Shown: positions 42,917 through 54,443, counted from the stretch's first letter. The stretch: 59,231 nucleotides of DNA from an uncultured delta proteobacterium (GCA_963733195.1 CAVTCR010000025.1:1-59231); one strand, 5' to 3'. Numbers and translations: made by a program. Notes: generated by a model from the letters alone, not told the origin.

Positions 42917-43276
42917 CTATCCTTTATAGTTTTCGTAGAAAATATAGCTCGTAGAATAATCGCTAATCTCAAAGTAAATCTTCTTCTCGCCATTGTCGAC
43001 GCGGAAGTTAAAGTTCTCATCGACATAGCCATAGCCGAACCGATACGAACGCGCCTGCCCATCACCTGTCCCTGCCGCAGTCGTGAGTTTGTCAATCTTA
43101 ATAATCCGCATGGCAATCTTCTCACCTGCGAATACATCAAGCACGCCATCGGTCCCGGTCCAGTTTTGGATGGAGCGACCAAGTTGGTTTTGTGATTCTT
43201 GGGTGCAACTAGTGAGACACATTGCGACTACAAGGCTCATTGAGAACAAAAACCCTCTGACAATACGTATATCCAT
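42917..43276 (-). CDS. Hypothetical lipoprotein
   Basis: GGAGG RBS; signal peptide with LTSC lipobox-like site. Confidence 0.7.
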   Translation of the reverse strand: MDIRIVRGFLFSMSLVVAMCLTSCTQESQNQLGRSIQNWTGTDGVLDVFAGEKIAMRIIKIDKLTTAAGTGDGQARSYRFGYGYVDENFNFRVDNGEKKIYFEISDYSTSYIFYENYKG

Positions 43277-43521
43277 TTGTCTTTCCTCCTCTGGGAGTTA
43301 CGGGCAGCGTTGAATTTCCTGATTCCTGAAATGCACCGCCGCTCTACTGAAACCGTAGCGCGCTCTGTGGGTGACATCAACCTCGCATCTTGATTCTTCA
43401 CAGAGTGTCGTGTTAATTTAGCGAGCTAGTGGGGGTGCCTGGGAGAAATCGCAACGTCCAAATAGGCAAGGCAACGCGGAGTCCCACAAATTTGTCAATT
43501 TCCGCAGAAGGAGAGGAAAGC

Positions 43522-44661
43522 ATGAAACGATTGTGGAAAGGACTCGCAGTCCTGGTAACGATGGGGTTACTATGCGGCTCAGGGGGTACAGCGCAGGCAG
43601 TGGTCGGCATCCCAGATGATGTTCCTGGGGCAACTTTATTATTCCCGTTCTTTAAGGTGAATCCGGCTCGGACAGCAGCAAGATGCCCAGGATACCCTCA
43701 TCGTAGTTACTAATGTGGCGAACCATCCCAGTACATGTCCACGTGACTGTTTGGAGCGTTCAATCAGAACACATCTTTGACTTCACCGCTTTGCTATCCG
43801 AGCATGACGTCTTCTCTTGCAGTTTATATGACCTTTTAGTCGGTTCCATAGGGTGCACGAGCTTAAACGGAGTCGTCAAAGCCCCTCCACAAGTAGCGCA
43901 ACAATTGACGACAACGATCGGCGGGCAGGCGATACTCGCAGGATACGTTACTGCTGATGTCGGACGGGTAACACCTCGCTGTTCCCTGGCTAGCTGGGTA
44001 CCCTCTTGCCGACTGCAATATCCTGATCGGCCACGAGTATATTGTAAACTTACCCGCTGGTTCTTCATCTGGCTTTAATGCTGTTAGTATCGAACATATA
44101 ATTGCCACAAAAGGCTATCCTGCCCCACCCTTCCCTGATAGCACGATTGGCTTTTATCTCAATCGTTGTCTGGAGATCAAGGGGCTCCGTGTGACTATGA
44201 TCTACTGGAAAGAATTGATGGCCCCAACGGTGACATTGCCCAGACGCGGACGAATGACACGCCAGGTCTCAAGCTCATCTTACGCTACTTAACCATCACA
44301 GTTTTGCAAGCAAGAACAGAGATCTGGTTATGGAAAGATCGCAATACCACATCTCCATTGAACCTTTCGGTGTACGATGAAGACGAAAATGTCTTCTCCA
44401 TTACCCTGAATTTTCCTGACGAAGTGAATTTCGTCGATGTTGCAGGAATCATCAATCCTGGTGCCCCAGGTGGCTGGTTCCGGATTTCTTTCCCCACGAC
44501 CCAATTCGCTTCTACTTCACCAGCTACGGACCAATCCAAGCTGTAGCCTATTCTCCAGCTCGCTAACAGCCAGAATGCACAGTTACGCTGGGATGCGATC
44601 TTTCCTGCCCACCGTCAGTACACGAACTTCTTGCCAAATTCAAGCTTCGAATAACCTGTAG
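43522..44661 (+). CDS. Secreted hypothetical protein (DDVPGATLLFPFF family); multiple frameshifts
   Basis: RBS, signal peptide MKRLWKGLAVL...AQA; continuing pieces HVHVTVWS..DVFSCSL, GYVTAD, GGWFRI in successive ORFs. Confidence 0.7.
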
Positions 44662-44706
44662 GCATTTCCGTAGCAGGAATACAGCAAAAAGAAAAAACTG
44701 AGAACT

Positions 44707-44732
44707 ACCCTCGCTTATACGGCGAGGGGTTT
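44707..44732 (+). terminator. Rho-independent terminator
   Basis: ccctcgc-ttatac-ggcgaggggttt. Confidence 0.65.
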
Positions 44733-44738
44733 AGCTAG

Positions 44739-44919
44739 TACCCGAATCCACGGGTAAGAAATGAATGAACTCGATTTCGCCCAGTATTCATCAGCTTTCC
44801 AGCGATTTTTGCCAAGTTTGGCTCTTCACCCAATGGGTGAAACCGCAAAATCGTGAGAGAGATCATGGTTATTGGTCGAAACCTCTTTTTTGTATCCCCT
44901 TATCCGTGGATTCAGGCTA
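44739..44919. mobile_element. MITE / internally deleted IS
   Basis: IR cccgaatccacgggtaag / cttatccgtggattcagg. Confidence 0.6.
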
Positions 44920-45010
44920 GTACTAACCCGAGTTGCTAGCTAACACATGGCTACCGGTCCGCTACCGTTTGGGTGCTCAAACTCAAACTTTGGTGGAGGT
45001 GGCAGCTTTG

Positions 45011-47115
45011 GGTAGTGTTATTCTGGTAATGCTGCACATTTGGTGAGGGTGTAGTGACAAATGAAGCACCTGATGGATCCGACGTGATTGGTCAGCTTCT
45101 TCGAGAACGACAACGTGGAACGCACCAGCCGCGAGACCCGCTGCTGTAACGTGCAATTGAAGCGCTCCACGTGATTCGTCATGCGGGCGAGCTTGGAGAT
45201 GGCGCGGTGTCGCGTTGGAGGAATGCCCCCGCGTAGACCGCATACTGATCGGGATAGAAGATCGCCTGCTCACGATACGCGGCCGGGAGGTTGGCCCATA
45301 AGCGTTCGGCGCTGGCCTGGCTGTGATCCCCGACGTGGAACGCGAGGACTTGGCGGGTGCTGACCTCCATCGCAATCCACACCCTCGGGTGCATAACAAT
45401 TTCTTGGCTTTTAGGCTGCGCGCAAGGTCTGGGATTCCCAGTACGCTTGCCACGATTGGTCAAGAAAGACACAACGTAGCGTCAGGAGCAAGTTCAGCTC
45501 CGTAATATTCCAGCGCATGCCCGGGCCTTTGATTCGCGCAGCGGAGAGCTGCTTACCAGCGCTTTCAATCGCGCCGGAACCAATGAAGTACCCTCGTTGG
45601 CGATAGGTCCCATAGCGCATCCGTCCCGTATTTTGTTGGAAGTAATGCAGCGTGGTAGCCAGAGCAGGAGCCAAGTCCAGAAAGCGCTCCAGGTGGGTGA
45701 GCACCTGCACTACCTTGTCCTCCAACAGTAAAGTCTCCTGCTCCTTGACCCAAGGAGCGAGGAAGGCTGAGCCCTCCCCATAAATCAGCCTGCCCGCCTC
45801 CCACAGATACTGCTTGACATGACTGAAATCGAGAATCTGCACGGCATGCGGGCAGCAGGTCCTCCACCATACTCCAAATCCAGCGCGCCCCATCCGCCAG
45901 CACGATCACCTCTGCCGCCCGCTCACCACCAGCGTGGCGATAGACCTCGGCAAAGCTCGAGACGAAACGTCTCACTGTCGGTAATCTGTGCGTGCAGGAT
46001 CTTGTGCAGGATCTCGTGCCGCTCCTTACTCACCTCCGCCACATCATACCCGGAGAACGCCAGCACCGCTTTCGCTTCCCGATACCCTTGATCCTCTGGC
46101 CCGTGTTTGGGCTCGCGCGTGGGACACATATGCCCATCTACTTCAAGGTAGAGCCGGTCGCGCTCCCGTGGAGGTAAGGTTTGGTGATGCGCCGCTCGCC
46201 GCCAAGTGTTCCGCCTCGCGTAACGCCACCCGCCGTAACGTCATGGCGTGGCGTTCACTCCCCAGCAGTGTCTGACACACTTGCGGGGCTTGATGGTACG
46301 GGGTCAACACCGCCAGTAACGCCAGTTTCTCCCGCAGCCGCCCTTGTTCTTTGCCCTCCACTAACCCCAGCTGCTCGTCTAAGGGATAGCTCGTTTGCCC
46401 ACAGGCCAGACAGACATAATAGGCGCGCTGCACCGTCAGCGTCCCACAATCAAAGACCAATTCGCGCACGACCTCCCCCTTATACTTCTGCCACTGACCA
46501 CACCGGGGACAGCGCCGCCGTCCGCCTTCATAACCTCGATCATAGACGCGCAATCCGCTCGGCCATCTGAGCTAATTTCGTCTGCCGCGCCACTGCCTCT
46601 GCTGCCTCCTCAATCCCAAAGATCCCCTTGCCGCCCTGCCGCCCCACGACCGCCTCAAACGTCACCTTCAGCTCTTCCCCTCTCGGCCTCTCTCGCTGTC
46701 CCATCGCTTGGTCTTCTCCCCCCGTGGATGACCGCTGTCTAGCTCCTTTCCCCTCCCCCGCCAATAATTTGATATGCACCCCACACCCTCTGCCGGTTCG
46801 CCTTCTTCCCGACAAAGCTCCAGAGCTCATCCAGCTCGGCTTCCAGCCGCTGCAGGATCACCGCCGGGGCACCGGCTGCTGGCTTAACATAGAGATCTTT
46901 GGGTGTCGCCTGGAACCGCGCCACCGTAAACTGTAAGAGCCACTGTAGGCCGACACCCACGGCGCGGCAGATCCCACGGAACCAGATTCTCTCAGCAGGA
47001 GGCGTGCAATCAGCGCCCGTTGTTCTTCGGTGATGACCGAATTCTCTGGCGTCAGCACAAAGGACCGGCCACAGAGTTTACAGCGGTGATTCTGCGTGCC
47101 CGTATGGAACTGGAC
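45011..47115 (-). mobile_element. IS1-family remnant (5'-truncated) interrupted by ISKra4-like element
   Basis: [39 protein letters not shown]; terminal ggtagtg at 45011. Confidence 0.85.
45387..46781 (-). mobile_element. ISKra4-family IS, frameshifted transposase
   Basis: IR GGGTGCATAACAATTT / GGGTGCATATCAAATT; 9-bp duplication CACACCCTC at 45378-45386 and 46782-46790; ADGARWIW, ILDFSH, IGSGAIES..GMRW. Confidence 0.9.
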
Positions 47116-47492
47116 GCCCTCTTGTTCAAGAAGTTCGACGGCATAGGTTAGCGTTGTTATCGGATTCGGTAAATGTTCAAGGACATCTAACATCAAAATC
47201 AGTGAGTACTGTTTATCGGGTTGGAATCCGCGATCAAAAGGCCTCACGTAGATCTTGCCTTGACCGTGTTCCTTGTCAGTGACGATCGTAGCGTCCGGCT
47301 CCAGACCTTCTACTGTTCCATACCGTGACAAAGGTTAAAAAAGATTTCGTCCCCACACCCTATATCTAAGATGTTTCCTCCGTATCGCCAGAGATGTCGT
47401 TCGATGGCGGCGACGATATATGCTTCCCGAGCACGCCACCACCAGTGTCTTTGGTAGAGATCTCGATACCCGACCGCGTAGGTTGAATCCAT
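47116..47492 (-). pseudogene. Class I SAM methyltransferase, frameshifted and truncated by IS1 remnant
   Basis: HWWWRARE, ILDIGCGD, LMLDVLEHL. Confidence 0.8.
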
Positions 47493-48424
47493 CGCCGTCC
47501 TACTATTCGATTGATGACGTACCGAGGGCGCAATTTGACTTGCTCGTAAATGCGGCCCACGTATTCTCCAATAAAGCCTAAGAACAATAATTGGATACCC
47601 GAAAGGAACATAAGCCCTACAAAGAGAGCAGTGAATCCAGGCGGCGACTTGAAGAAAAATTTGACAAATATACTGTAGACAGAGGCTCCGAGGGACAATA
47701 TGATTACTAGTATGCCGCAAAGAGAAATCGCGCGCAGCGGAACGACGGAGAAAGAGAATATTCCATCGAACGCGAGCCGAAAAAGTTTGTTGAGACTGTA
47801 TTGTGACTTTCCTGCATGACGAGCATCGCGCTCGATAGGGATCCCTTTTTGGCGAAATCCAACCCAACTGCGTATGCCACGCCAGTATAAGTGTTGCTCA
47901 TGTGAGTTTCGGAGCAAATCCACTACGCGGCGAGACATGATGCCAAAATCTCCGGCACCCTGAGGTAAAGGAACGTCCGAAAGTTGAGAAATCAGCCAAT
48001 AGAACCCTCGATAGCCCAAGCGCAGCAGCCTTCCTTCTTTACGTTTGATCCGCGTTGCAAACACAACGTCGTAGCCGCATTGAAGTTCTTGGAGGAGCTG
48101 CGGAATATTTTCCGGAGCATCCTGGAGGTCTCCATCCATCATGACAACTGCGTCGCCGAATGCAACCTCTAAAGCGGCTCCCAGGGCAGCCTGGTGGCCG
48201 AAGTTCCGCGACAAGACAATAACTACGATACGTGGATCGGCCCTGGCTGCTTTTTCGATCAGTTCTAACGTTTGATCGGTGCTACCATCGTCTACTAAAA
48301 CCAATTCGTGCGTTCCACCAGTCAGTGAATCTAGTACCGCCAGAGTTCGTCTCAAGAGCTCCGGGATATTCGCCTCTTCGTTATGGAGCGGCACTACGAC
48401 AGATATCGTGGAAATTGGTTTCAT
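47366..48424 (-). CDS. GT2 polyprenol-phosphate glycosyltransferase (GtrB/ArnC-like)
   Basis: VVPLHNE, VDDGSTD, LSRNFGHQAA, MDGDLQD, two C-terminal TM helices, IGEYVGRIY. Confidence 0.93.
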   Translation of the reverse strand: MKPISTISVVVPLHNEEANIPELLRRTLAVLDSLTGGTHELVLVDDGSTDQTLELIEKAARADPRIVVIVLSRNFGHQAALGAALEVAFGDAVVMMDGDLQDAPENIPQLLQELQCGYDVVFATRIKRKEGRLLRLGYRGFYWLISQLSDVPLPQGAGDFGIMSRRVVDLLRNSHEQHLYWRGIRSWVGFRQKGIPIERDARHAGKSQYSLNKLFRLAFDGIFSFSVVPLRAISLCGILVIILSLGASVYSIFVKFFFKSPPGFTALFVGLMFLSGIQLLFLGFIGEYVGRIYEQVKLRPRYVINRIVGRRWIQPTRSGIEISTKDTGGGVLGKHISSPPSNDISGDTEETS

Positions 48425-48576
48425 CACTCAGACTGGACGTTTGAACTTACTTAGGTGTGTCAGCGTACCCCCCCGCGAAGCGGGTGGCTTGCTGGGTTGG
48501 GCCGTCTCAAAGACGGCTAGTTGCGATTAAAATCTTCCCGCCTGATCCTCAGTCTCCTGGTCCCGGATGTACCGCT

Positions 48577-48945
48577 TCACCTTTCCAGCTCGTAGCCCAC
48601 GGTCGACACCGCATAGCCGCGCGCCCAGAAATGTGCCCCGGTAAAGTTCTGCAGCTTCCCGCCAAACTGTCGGGCAATCGCCACCGCACTCTTGCCCTTC
48701 AAAAACCCAATAATCGAGGCCACCGCATGCTTGGGCGGGATCTCAATACACATATGGACATGATCCGCTAACAAATGGCCCTCCACAATCCGACACTCTT
48801 TCTGCCGGGCAAGTTCATGAAAGATCCCGCCCAAGCTCGCTCGGATCTCCCCATACACTACTTTGCGCCGATACTTCGGAACAAACACCACATGCTACTT
48901 GCATTCCCAGCGCGAGTGCGCCAAGCTCTGCCACGCTTCCGTCAT
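48577..48945 (-). pseudogene. tnpA: IS200 Y1 transposase with in-frame stop
   Basis: SLAHSRWECK*HVVFVPKYRRK, HUH motif DHVHM, GFLKGKS, FWARGY. Confidence 0.9.
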
Positions 48946-49038
48946 ACCGCCCTCCTGCGGATATGCCAGCAAGCCATCCGGGGAGGACTGTACTTCCGCA
49001 TCGCTCAAAGCTCTTCAAGTCGCACTAGTCGAACTCAT

Positions 49039-49210
49039 TAGTATCTACACAAGTCTGTAAGCAGTTGATTTTTCAAGGAACTCGCGAGCGAAAAAAGCAT
49101 CGGCCCCCGCAGACTAAGGTGCTCATGCCAATTGGTTTTTCTTTCAAAGACTTAACGCTCTAGTTTCTCTGTTCTTTCAAAAGCTCTCTCTAGGACTTGT
49201 GTAGAAACCA
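49039..49210. mobile_element. MITE inserted into the IS200 end
   Basis: IR tagtatctacacaagtc / gacttgtgtagaaacca. Confidence 0.65.
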
Positions 49211-49811
49211 TAGAGTCGAACTAGTGGATTACCTCCGACGTTCATTTAACTACAGTGTAAGAAGAGTACATAATACATCGCGCTTCCTTTTTCGACGAGA
49301 AACGTTGAACTGCTCCTGGGGTTAGCAAACGAACGAAGCAGAGAAAAGCTGCGGATACTAATAATTCGAGTTTTACCAAAGGAATAACCAAAACAGCCAG
49401 AGATCTGAGATGCAGAGTGGGTATCTAGACTATCCCATCTATCCCAGCCTCTGATTGTACAGCCAGTATACTTGGCGGTGAGTGTTGTCAACAACCTGGT
49501 TTGCGCACTGCCGGCAGGGACCACGTACTTTATTGTCGTCGTGCTGATCGCCATGTTTACTGGTCAACTCGTCCACCATCAGGGGAGCCTCGCCCGCGCT
49601 GCGTTGCCCTATGGGGTCGTACCCTTCCGGTGAACCTGGTTGACTTTCGCATTCCTCATCTGTTCCCGTTGCTCTGCAGGTGGTGAGAGTTTCGTTGTCA
49701 TGGAGCTGGGCCGGTTTTCACGGACAGCGATGGGATCTGCTATAAGCCGTGCCATTCGGGGCAGAATATCACTTTCTGTTCTATGGCTCTACACGCCGGA
49801 GAGGAGGGGCC

Positions 49812-50240
49812 ATGAAGCAACCGGAAGACGTGCGGCTGAGTCAGGAGGAAGGCGAAGCGCTGATTGAACGGATCGAGCGCAATGCGCTGAGCGCTGAGGA
49901 TCGGCAGGTCCTTGTGAAGGTGTTGACCTTTTACTTTTGGCTGCTCTTTGCGCTGCGAGAGGCGAAGCTGAGTCTGAAGCGCATCAAGGCGTTAGTGTTT
50001 GGCGAGAAGCCCAAGCCGCCCAAGCCCCCTTCGTCGGATGGGACGCCGAGTGGCGGGAGGGCGGGTGGGAGCGAAACGTCGAGTAGCGCCTCACAAGGAG
50101 TGTCAACTCCTGCTCCTACATCACCACCCGAGCAGAAACCGCTCCCGCCAGGGCATGGGCGGCAGGGGGCTGACATGTATCGTGCGGCGCAGACGGTGGA
50201 GTGCCGCCATGAGGGGATAGCCGTGGGCGAGAGCTGTCCG
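49812..50240 (+). pseudogene. IS66-like transposase N-terminal fragment
   Basis: GGAGG RBS; LSLKRIKALVFGEK, PGHGRQGA, VGESCP. Confidence 0.7.
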
Positions 50241-50299
50241 CAGAAAGTCGTAGGTCGGGCCTCGACCATAAGCCTTGGCTGACGCGTGAGCTGCTCGAA

Positions 50300-50535
50300 A
50301 CGTATGGTGTCCACCTCTCACTCCGATTAAACGGAAGATGCAGAACCGCCTCCTCTCACTCATGGACAGACTGTTACTCCGAAAACGCGTAGTAATCGAA
50401 TCCATTATCGATCAACTGAAGAACATCTCTCAGATCGAGCACTCGCGCCATCGCAGCGTCACGAACTTCTTCGTCAATCTCCTCGGTGGCCTCATTGCCT
50501 ACTGCCATCAACCCAAGAAACCCTCCCTCCACTAT
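50300..50535 (+). pseudogene. IS982-family transposase C-terminal fragment
   Basis: [45 protein letters not shown]. Confidence 0.85.
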
Positions 50536-50768
50536 GTTGGAGCAAACTCAAAACCTTCCTACGAGCGCAGGCGGCACGCACGCGAGAAACACTAGACAAG
50601 CCTGGGCGCAGCTCCTTCGACGGTCACGACAAGTGAGACTCACCACTGGTTTGCGTATTGTGGCTACCGAACCGCACCCAATTGAGAGGTGCTATAAATA
50701 TGGTACAAACAAGCTTTCATTGCTGAAGTTGCCTAGAGCAGCCATATAATAATAGAGGAGAAGAAGTC

Positions 50769-51602
50769 ATGTCGGGAGAAAAGCCGATTTCCGGTCCGAC
50801 TCTGAGCATAGATTATGGAAATGTCGAAGTTATCTCTAAAGTACGAGAATTCTCGTTCGCTGATGGATGGTACGAACTGACGAACGATTCCCATTTTTGG
50901 TTTCAATGGCGGTTGGTCGCTTTGTTAGGGCAACTTAAACGATTGGGAATACCACTCACAGCGCAGCTTAAAGCTCTTGAGATCGGAGGTGGCACAGGTG
51001 TGTTACGCTCTCAGATAGAACGGTCGACCCAATGGTGGGTAGATATGACGGATCTTGACATCGATGCATTAACTCGCAGCGAGCCAGGTCGCGGTCGCAT
51101 CATGTATTACGACATACGTGAAGAACGAGAATCCTTCATAGAGGCATATGATGTAGTGGTCTTGTTTGACGTTCTGGAGCATATACCTGATACACAGCCG
51201 TTTCTTAGCTCGGTCATCCGTCACATCAAGCCGAATGGCTTTTTACTGGTCAACGTTCCTGCGCTACAAACTCTCTACAGCAAGTATGATGAAACAGTAG
51301 GACACGTAAGAAGGTATAACAGGAAGACTCTCGCTAAAGAATTCAACCGCTTCAACATAGAAGTACACGACATCTGTTACTGGGGTATGACTATGGTGCC
51401 TGTGGTGGCCCTGCGCAAGTTTATCTTTAGAATGCTGTGGAACATGCAAGAGCAGCAAACGATCTCATGTGGGTTTGAGCCGCCTCATCCTTTTGTGAAT
51501 AGAGCTTTGAGCGTTATTATGCGCATAGAGACCGCTTTTTTGAGCAAACCGCCTTTCGGAACGTCTGTCCTGATGGCAGGTCAAAAATTCAATAGACATT
51601 AA
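50769..51602 (+). CDS. Class I SAM-dependent methyltransferase
   Basis: HFWF, LEIGGGTG, LFDVLEHI, VNVPA..YD..VGHVRRY. Confidence 0.9.
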   Translation: MSGEKPISGPTLSIDYGNVEVISKVREFSFADGWYELTNDSHFWFQWRLVALLGQLKRLGIPLTAQLKALEIGGGTGVLRSQIERSTQWWVDMTDLDIDALTRSEPGRGRIMYYDIREERESFIEAYDVVVLFDVLEHIPDTQPFLSSVIRHIKPNGFLLVNVPALQTLYSKYDETVGHVRRYNRKTLAKEFNRFNIEVHDICYWGMTMVPVVALRKFIFRMLWNMQEQQTISCGFEPPHPFVNRALSVIMRIETAFLSKPPFGTSVLMAGQKFNRH

Positions 51603-51656
51603 CAGAAACTCATGGCAAGCCTTTTCGTCCATCAATTCGATGGGGAATTCCATCAT
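51600..51656 (-). pseudogene. Transposase N-terminal remnant
   Basis: MMEFPIELMDEKACHEFLL resembles the start of IS1595-like transposases; very short. Confidence 0.4.
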
Positions 51657-51729
51657 CGGAACTCCCTCCTCCCTTGCTGCTTATTCCTCCCCTCAAACTT
51701 AGATATCGTAGCTTCATCTCTTTTCCGCT

Positions 51730-52132
51730 ATGATCGGGAAGAAGGCGAACCGGCAGAGGGTGTGGATTGCGATGGAGGCCAGCACCCGCCAAGTCCTCGC
51801 GTTCCACGTCGGGGATCACAGCCAGGCCAGCGCCGAACGCTTATGGGCCAACCTCCCGGCCGCGTATCGTGAGCAGGCGATCTTCTATCCCGATCAGTAT
51901 GCGGTCTACGCGGGGGTCATTCCTCCAACGCGCCACCGCGCCATCTCCAAGCTCGCCCGCATGACGAATCACGTGGAGCGCTTCAATTGCACGTTACAGC
52001 AGCGGGTCTTGCGGCTGGTGCGTTCCACGTTGTCGTTCTCGAAGAAGCTGACCAATCACGTCGGATCCATCAGGTGCTTCATTTGTCACTACACCCTCAC
52101 CAAATGTGCAGCATTACCAGAATAACACTACC
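51730..52132 (+). mobile_element. IS1-family 3' remnant
   Basis: Near-identical, in inverted orientation, to 45011-45386 plus 46791-46812; single CACACCCTC site; ends cactacc. Confidence 0.88.
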
Positions 52133-52268
52133 ATCCTTGATGAGATGAAGTATCCTTCATCCATCGTCGGGACCCCGATGCGAGATCGATCCGTTCATCC
52201 GACAGAGCACTGTCAGTGGGACCGGTCGCGCCTGCCCCAAGCTCAACGATTCCACAGATTCCGCACAT
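52133..52268 (-). pseudogene. asnB: Asparagine synthase (glutamine-hydrolysing) N-terminal remnant cut by IS1
   Basis: MCGICGIV ... (shift) RMNGSISHRGPDD. Confidence 0.7.
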
Positions 52269-52376
52269 GCCTGCACTCTCCCCTTGGAAGGATCCACCAT
52301 TTCATGCTATTTCCTTTCGGTTAGGGGCGCGGAGGTAGCACACTCGCGCAGGAAAGTCTTATTCTGGCTATACGTT

Positions 52377-52937
52377 ATGACATCTTCTGTGGCTATTGCC
52401 CAAAGGGCAGCCGACGCTTTTACGACTTCGTGGATCCACCTCCCGCCGGGATCAATAGACATGGCGGCACAAGTTGAAGATTGGTTTTCGCCCTTAACCA
52501 AAGTCGATTTTGCGGCGAAGCGAGTCCTGGAGCTCGGTTGCGGCAATGGTAGCCTAATAGCACATGTAGTGAAATGGCACCCTGCCCTGCTCGAAGGGGT
52601 TGATCTCGGTAATGCAGTAGTCTCTGCACGTCGGAACTTTCCCCCCGAACGGTTCCCACAAGTGAGCATTATCCAGACAGATCTCACGCAGTATGTCAGC
52701 GATGGCTTCGACGTGGTCTATTCAATCGGAGTACTGCATCACCTACAGTCGCCGGAAGCTGGTTTTGCCGCGCTCATTAATAATCTTCGCCACAGCGGGA
52801 AATTTCACGAATGGGTCTATGCGCACGAGGGAAATGCGATTATACGCTATGTGGTCGATCCGCTCTGCTTCTGTATTGGACGAACTTCGCGAACATGCCC
52901 AATTCTCCCTTTGGCTGTCAAACCTTTGCCCTCTTGA
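52377..52937 (+). pseudogene. Class I SAM methyltransferase, probably C-terminally truncated
   Basis: VLELGCGNG, FDVVYSIGVLHHL, WVYAHEGN. Confidence 0.75.
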
Positions 52938-52947
52938 CACGAAACGC

Positions 52948-54300
52948 ATGAACGATATGGATTTTCACCTCGACAGGCCAAGAAGTCCTCTTGCTCTGCT
53001 TTTCCACTGGCTCACCATAGCATTGTGTACGGTTCTGTTGGCAACGACGCTGGTAATTGCCCTGCGTTCACCCATGAACAGCAGCCCAGATGAGCAAAAT
53101 CATATACTCGCGGCTCAGTACTACTTCTCGCACTGGTTCCCGCCGATTATCGGCTCGCCAGAGAACAACGCGACTCGTTCGGTATGGGGAAATTCATACC
53201 TGGACGAGCTTGACGTAGCGTACTTTCTCTGCGGGAAGATCGCTCGCGTCGCTTCGTTCTTCACAGCAAGTGAATACTTACCGTTTCGGGTTTTGAATTG
53301 GCTTCTGTTACTCGGCTATGTACTCTGCGCGCTGCGCTTTCGCTATGGGTACCTCGCACTGCTCCCGCTGTTGACGCCGCAAACCTGGTATGTCTTTACG
53401 TACTGTAACGGTGATGCGTTGCCGCTGGTGTTGAGCTCCTTGTGCTCGCTTGTCTTGCTTGGGGTGATCGGCCGGATGCCGCACCCTGGCAGCTTAATAT
53501 GGACCCATCGCGAGATCCTCACCTTCGGTGTGCTGGTTGGCACGCTGATCATTTCAAAGCGTAACTATCTTACTTACCTCGGTACTCTGCCTCTCTTTGT
53601 TGGCGCGGCGTTGTTCGTTCAGAGAAGCAAAGCTCCACGAGCAACTATTTTAAAAGGATTTCTTCTTGCTGCAGCAGTAGCTTGCGTGTTGCTGGCTGCG
53701 CGCTTAGGGGTCGAAATCATGGTGAACGGATTTGACCGAGACAGGAAGATAGCTGAGGTGCAGGAACAAACCGCTGGGTATGCCTTCAAACGGGGAACTC
53801 CGCTTGACCAGAGTTATCCCAGTACCTGGCTTAAGCGCAAAGGGGTGTCATTTGGCCAACTGTTCAACCAGTGGCATTGGCATGACCTCTCTTGGAAAAG
53901 CTTTATGGGCGTGTATGGTTTTATGACTATCGCTGCTCCAGACTGGTACTATCAGTTTACGTTGCTTCTGGTCTCAGGAGGACTCCTAGGAGCCCTCCTG
54001 CTGAGTGCGCTCTTACGGGAGCGATTACCTCTACTCTTATTTGGTATATGTTTGATTGGCATAGCAGCAACTATAGCTGGCTCACTCTACCGCACTTGGA
54101 CTTATGCTTTTCAAGCCCAAGGGCGGTATCTCTTCCCTATACTGCCGTTGCTCATCGTGCCATGCGGTGAGCTTGCAAGAAAGTGTCGAGAAGGAGGCTG
54201 GCGTTGGCCGCAGCGGTTAGCGCAGGGATTCGTCGTTGCGATGCTCATACTCTCAACCTATTCGCTTGTGGTAATTGCAGGACAAAAACTTATTCCGTAG
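52948..54300 (+). CDS. Multi-pass membrane protein, GT-C-like glycosyltransferase
   Basis: SPDEQNH after first TM, YCNGDA, SFMGVYG, QAQGRYLFP; many TM helices. Confidence 0.8.
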   Translation: MNDMDFHLDRPRSPLALLFHWLTIALCTVLLATTLVIALRSPMNSSPDEQNHILAAQYYFSHWFPPIIGSPENNATRSVWGNSYLDELDVAYFLCGKIARVASFFTASEYLPFRVLNWLLLLGYVLCALRFRYGYLALLPLLTPQTWYVFTYCNGDALPLVLSSLCSLVLLGVIGRMPHPGSLIWTHREILTFGVLVGTLIISKRNYLTYLGTLPLFVGAALFVQRSKAPRATILKGFLLAAAVACVLLAARLGVEIMVNGFDRDRKIAEVQEQTAGYAFKRGTPLDQSYPSTWLKRKGVSFGQLFNQWHWHDLSWKSFMGVYGFMTIAAPDWYYQFTLLLVSGGLLGALLLSALLRERLPLLLFGICLIGIAATIAGSLYRTWTYAFQAQGRYLFPILPLLIVPCGELARKCREGGWRWPQRLAQGFVVAMLILSTYSLVVIAGQKLIP

Positions 54301-54443
54301 ACAAAGTGTTCAAAAGCGAGATTACTGACTGAAGTCTGATGGAACCTTAGTTGTATTTGCTGAAGCAACCAATAGTCAGAATGTAGGGAACAGTATTCAT
54401 GAACCTCGTCAAACTATGGCGAAAGAAAAGCCTTTTTTGAGGG

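Larger units (their letters stand above)
48455..49232 (-). mobile_element. IS200/IS605-family element (degenerate)
   Basis: Subterminal hairpin cccccgcgaagcgggtgg; other-end hairpin cactagtcgaactc...gagtcgaactagtg split by a MITE. Confidence 0.75.

Noticed and set aside
836-44661. Frameshifts in many genes (regulators, ligase, boxC, boxB, hsp20s) as programmed frameshifting or mass pseudogenisation
   Set aside because: Scattered single-base indels with otherwise intact motifs fit long-read consensus errors; cannot be resolved without reads
48895-48897. TAG readthrough (pyrrolysine or recoding) in tnpA and at 23307
   Set aside because: TAG terminates many genes here normally; the IS is otherwise degenerate
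45011-52132. Composite transposon bounded by the two IS1 remnants
   Set aside because: No target duplication visible at the outer ends and both copies are truncated
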